The translations under genes were made by a program, and so were the position numbers. From the NCBI RefSeq assembly GCF_035084215.1, contig NC_090350.1, forward strand, positions 24,552,001-24,616,000: a stretch of 64,000 bases of DNA, in the 5' to 3' direction. The notes below the pieces were generated by a model. It was not told the DNA's origin. It saw only the letters and a program-made list of their open reading frames with translations, and searched no databases. Below, in pieces: positions 61,864 to 64,000 of the stretch. Origin of the DNA: Heptranchias perlo. Lineage: Eukaryota. How positions within the stretch are numbered: the first letter of the stretch is position 1; each line of letters opens with the position of its first letter.

Positions 61864-63589
61864 ATTATTTCAGTGCATCGGGGGTAGCTGCTGAGCCTGC
61901 AACTTATTCCTCCCTGACGCGGCACATGAGGTCTCCTAAAAACGGTGCCACCTTGCTGACACTCCCACCTTCTGGTATCGATAAACGTAATTGTTGTAAA
62001 AATATTTTCAAAATGTCTTTATACGACACATATTAGGAGGTATGTAATATGCTAAATGTTAGATTTCTAACTGTATGTATTTTGGTAAAGCAAATTGATA
62101 CCCTGCTTTACCAAAAGCAAGATTCAAGCTGCAGTATCTCAGCTTGGACTGATTTTAGCAGAATGAAAAGCATGAAATAAAAGTCAGCATGAACGGTATG
62201 AAGTGTAAGGTTCCAACCTTGCAGCAGTACAAAGGGCAGAACTGGAAGGTTTTGTTAGGTGTTTCATAAATACTTGGATCAATGAAAGATGTCACTTTAG
62301 CCACTGCAACCTCTAGAGACTGGCAACAAAACATTATTGTGTCATTGAACAGTCCTTGAGTGAGGGTCAATAGTGCAGACTATAGATGTTGGATGGTAGA
62401 TAGAGTGAGGAATAATGATGATAACACGCCTGAACAGTAAGTGGATGAAATGCACCGTTAGACTTGCAGCAAACGTGCACTTGAGCAAATTTCAGTTTTT
62501 TTCAGTTAAGATCAGCTGTTTTAATTATTAGGTGCTGTATTATAATATTGTTATTGTTTATAAACACATACTACTTCAAAGGTTGTAACTAAGCTTGCGC
62601 TGGGACAAGATAAAGAATTAATACAAGAAAGTGAGCTCTTTACAAAAATACACTTTAGCTTTAGGGATTAAATAGATGGTGAATGCGAGAGACAGATTAG
62701 AGGTGATAAAGATAGGGTAGCCAGAACTTCTCTGTACCTGTGCTATTTTGATATGAATTGGACCATTATCTAAAAGAAAATTATACAAGATTTCCAGATG
62801 CATTGATATGTGATAAATTACAGGCAGCTCCAAACAAGTTACTCATACTTTTTTTTTCGGTTATCTCAACCAGATCAAAATGTGTTACTGTGTGATGCAA
62901 ACACATGGGCCTAGACATTGGATTTGGCACGAGCCAATTTCTAGGCCATGTTATCTAGGATTGGTTTCACTATTAACCTTGAAGAAAGAAACCAGGAGTG
63001 ACATGATGATGAGTTTTATAATATTTCACCAACTCATACATTCTGTACAAAGGCTTTATCCTGTCCAGCCATGTAATAAGTATCTCCAAAATTAGGTTGA
63101 CCCGGATAACTCAGCAGTGATTAAGACATCAGTAAATTATGGTCAGCCACTTCAGTAGAGATATGTATTCTGTCAAATTGCTATTGATGACATATTTGAT
63201 TTTATAGCCTTTATAATGTGTTTTCAAATGGGGGAGATTATACCTAATAAATTGTTGTAGCCCAAAAAATCAATTAAAGGTGTTTTTTTTTCTGTCAGCT
63301 TGTCATTGTGATAATATATCACTAGAGATGAGAACTTAAATATTCCAGCCCTTGGACAGCCGAAAATCACCAAGATTTCCGAACGTGGGCGGAAGCTGAC
63401 TCAGGGTCGCACACCACTGTCTTCATCCGTGCATCCTTCTGCCAACTCTTCCACCTCCACCCCCTTAACAGGAGAGCAGATTCAATGTTCAACATGTCCA
63501 ATTAATGCAGAGTAACAATCAACAGAGTGAATAGATTGTTGAACTATTTATAACCAAAACAGGAGAACATAAGTCAGAAGAAGTCATCA

Positions 63590-64000
63590 TCAAACTGTAC
63601 AGTTCTCTGGTCAGACCTTGAGTACTACATCTTAGTCTGGTCACCAAGAAACAAGGGAGACACTCAAGCACTGGGGCAATGCAAAGAAGAGCCACAAGAC
63701 TGTTTCTTCGATGTATTCGACAAAATCAAATGTCATAACCAGCAATTTGACAATACATATGGTTCTAAGTTTTGAGGAAAGATTGGATAGACTTGGGCTA
63801 TTCAACCTTGAAACAAGGCATCAGATAGATAATCTTAGCAAGATATATAGATAATATGAAAAAGGTTAATCTGGAATATTATTTTAAATTAAACTCTGGC
63901 AGTAGGACAGGAGACACAGGTTCAAACTAAAAAAAAAGGTGACATTACGACTGATGTCAGGAGGTTCAGACCAGTTGGGCCAATTGGCTTGTTTCTGTGC
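63590..64000 (+). mobile_element. Old CR1 LINE 3' fragment
   Basis: ctgtacagttctctggtcagaccttgagtactac...tggtcacca (LYxxLVR..LEY...WSP) and ttttgaggaaagattggatagacttgggctattc (FEERLDRLGLF). Confidence 0.75.

Noticed and set aside
62155-62440. Minus-strand 71-aa ORF
   Set aside because: An in-frame stop lies upstream and there is no recognisable homology.
63300-63515. Open frame after a pyrimidine tract/AG as a possible + strand exon
   Set aside because: All frames from the acceptor hit stops early, with no clear donor or homology.

Overview
Eukaryotic, vertebrate genomic DNA. The repeat content (CR1/L2 LINEs, Deu-domain SINEs, Penelope-type terminal repeats, GC-rich palindromic MITEs) points to a cartilaginous fish, which is an inference. 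Two spliced genes face each other tail-to-tail. On the + strand are the last six coding exons of a grainyhead-like transcription factor best matching GRHL3 (2041-16544), followed by a long, repeat-poor 3' UTR to about 19540. On the - strand is an apparently complete eight-exon STPG1/MAPO2 CDS (54288->25721, 353 aa, PGPG-Y repeats). All exons were read by hand with GT/AG boundaries and consistent phases. The rest is intronic or intergenic, with decayed CR1- and L2-type LINEs, SINEs, an internally deleted Gypsy LTR element between the genes, and many non-autonomous DNA elements. Most notable observations: (i) a 134-bp Penelope-type insertion with a 9-bp TSD carrying an intact minimal hammerhead-ribozyme motif; (ii) two near-perfect local templated duplications in GRHL3 introns, a 170-bp inverted repeat and a 128-bp copy captured inside a palindromic MITE; (iii) three neighbouring LINE copies that share the same F->S change in the conserved RT 'AFD' motif; (iv) strong CTCF and perfect DR1 motifs. 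No prokaryote-type system (CRISPR, operons) is present, and I cannot claim a wholly new biological system from this sequence.
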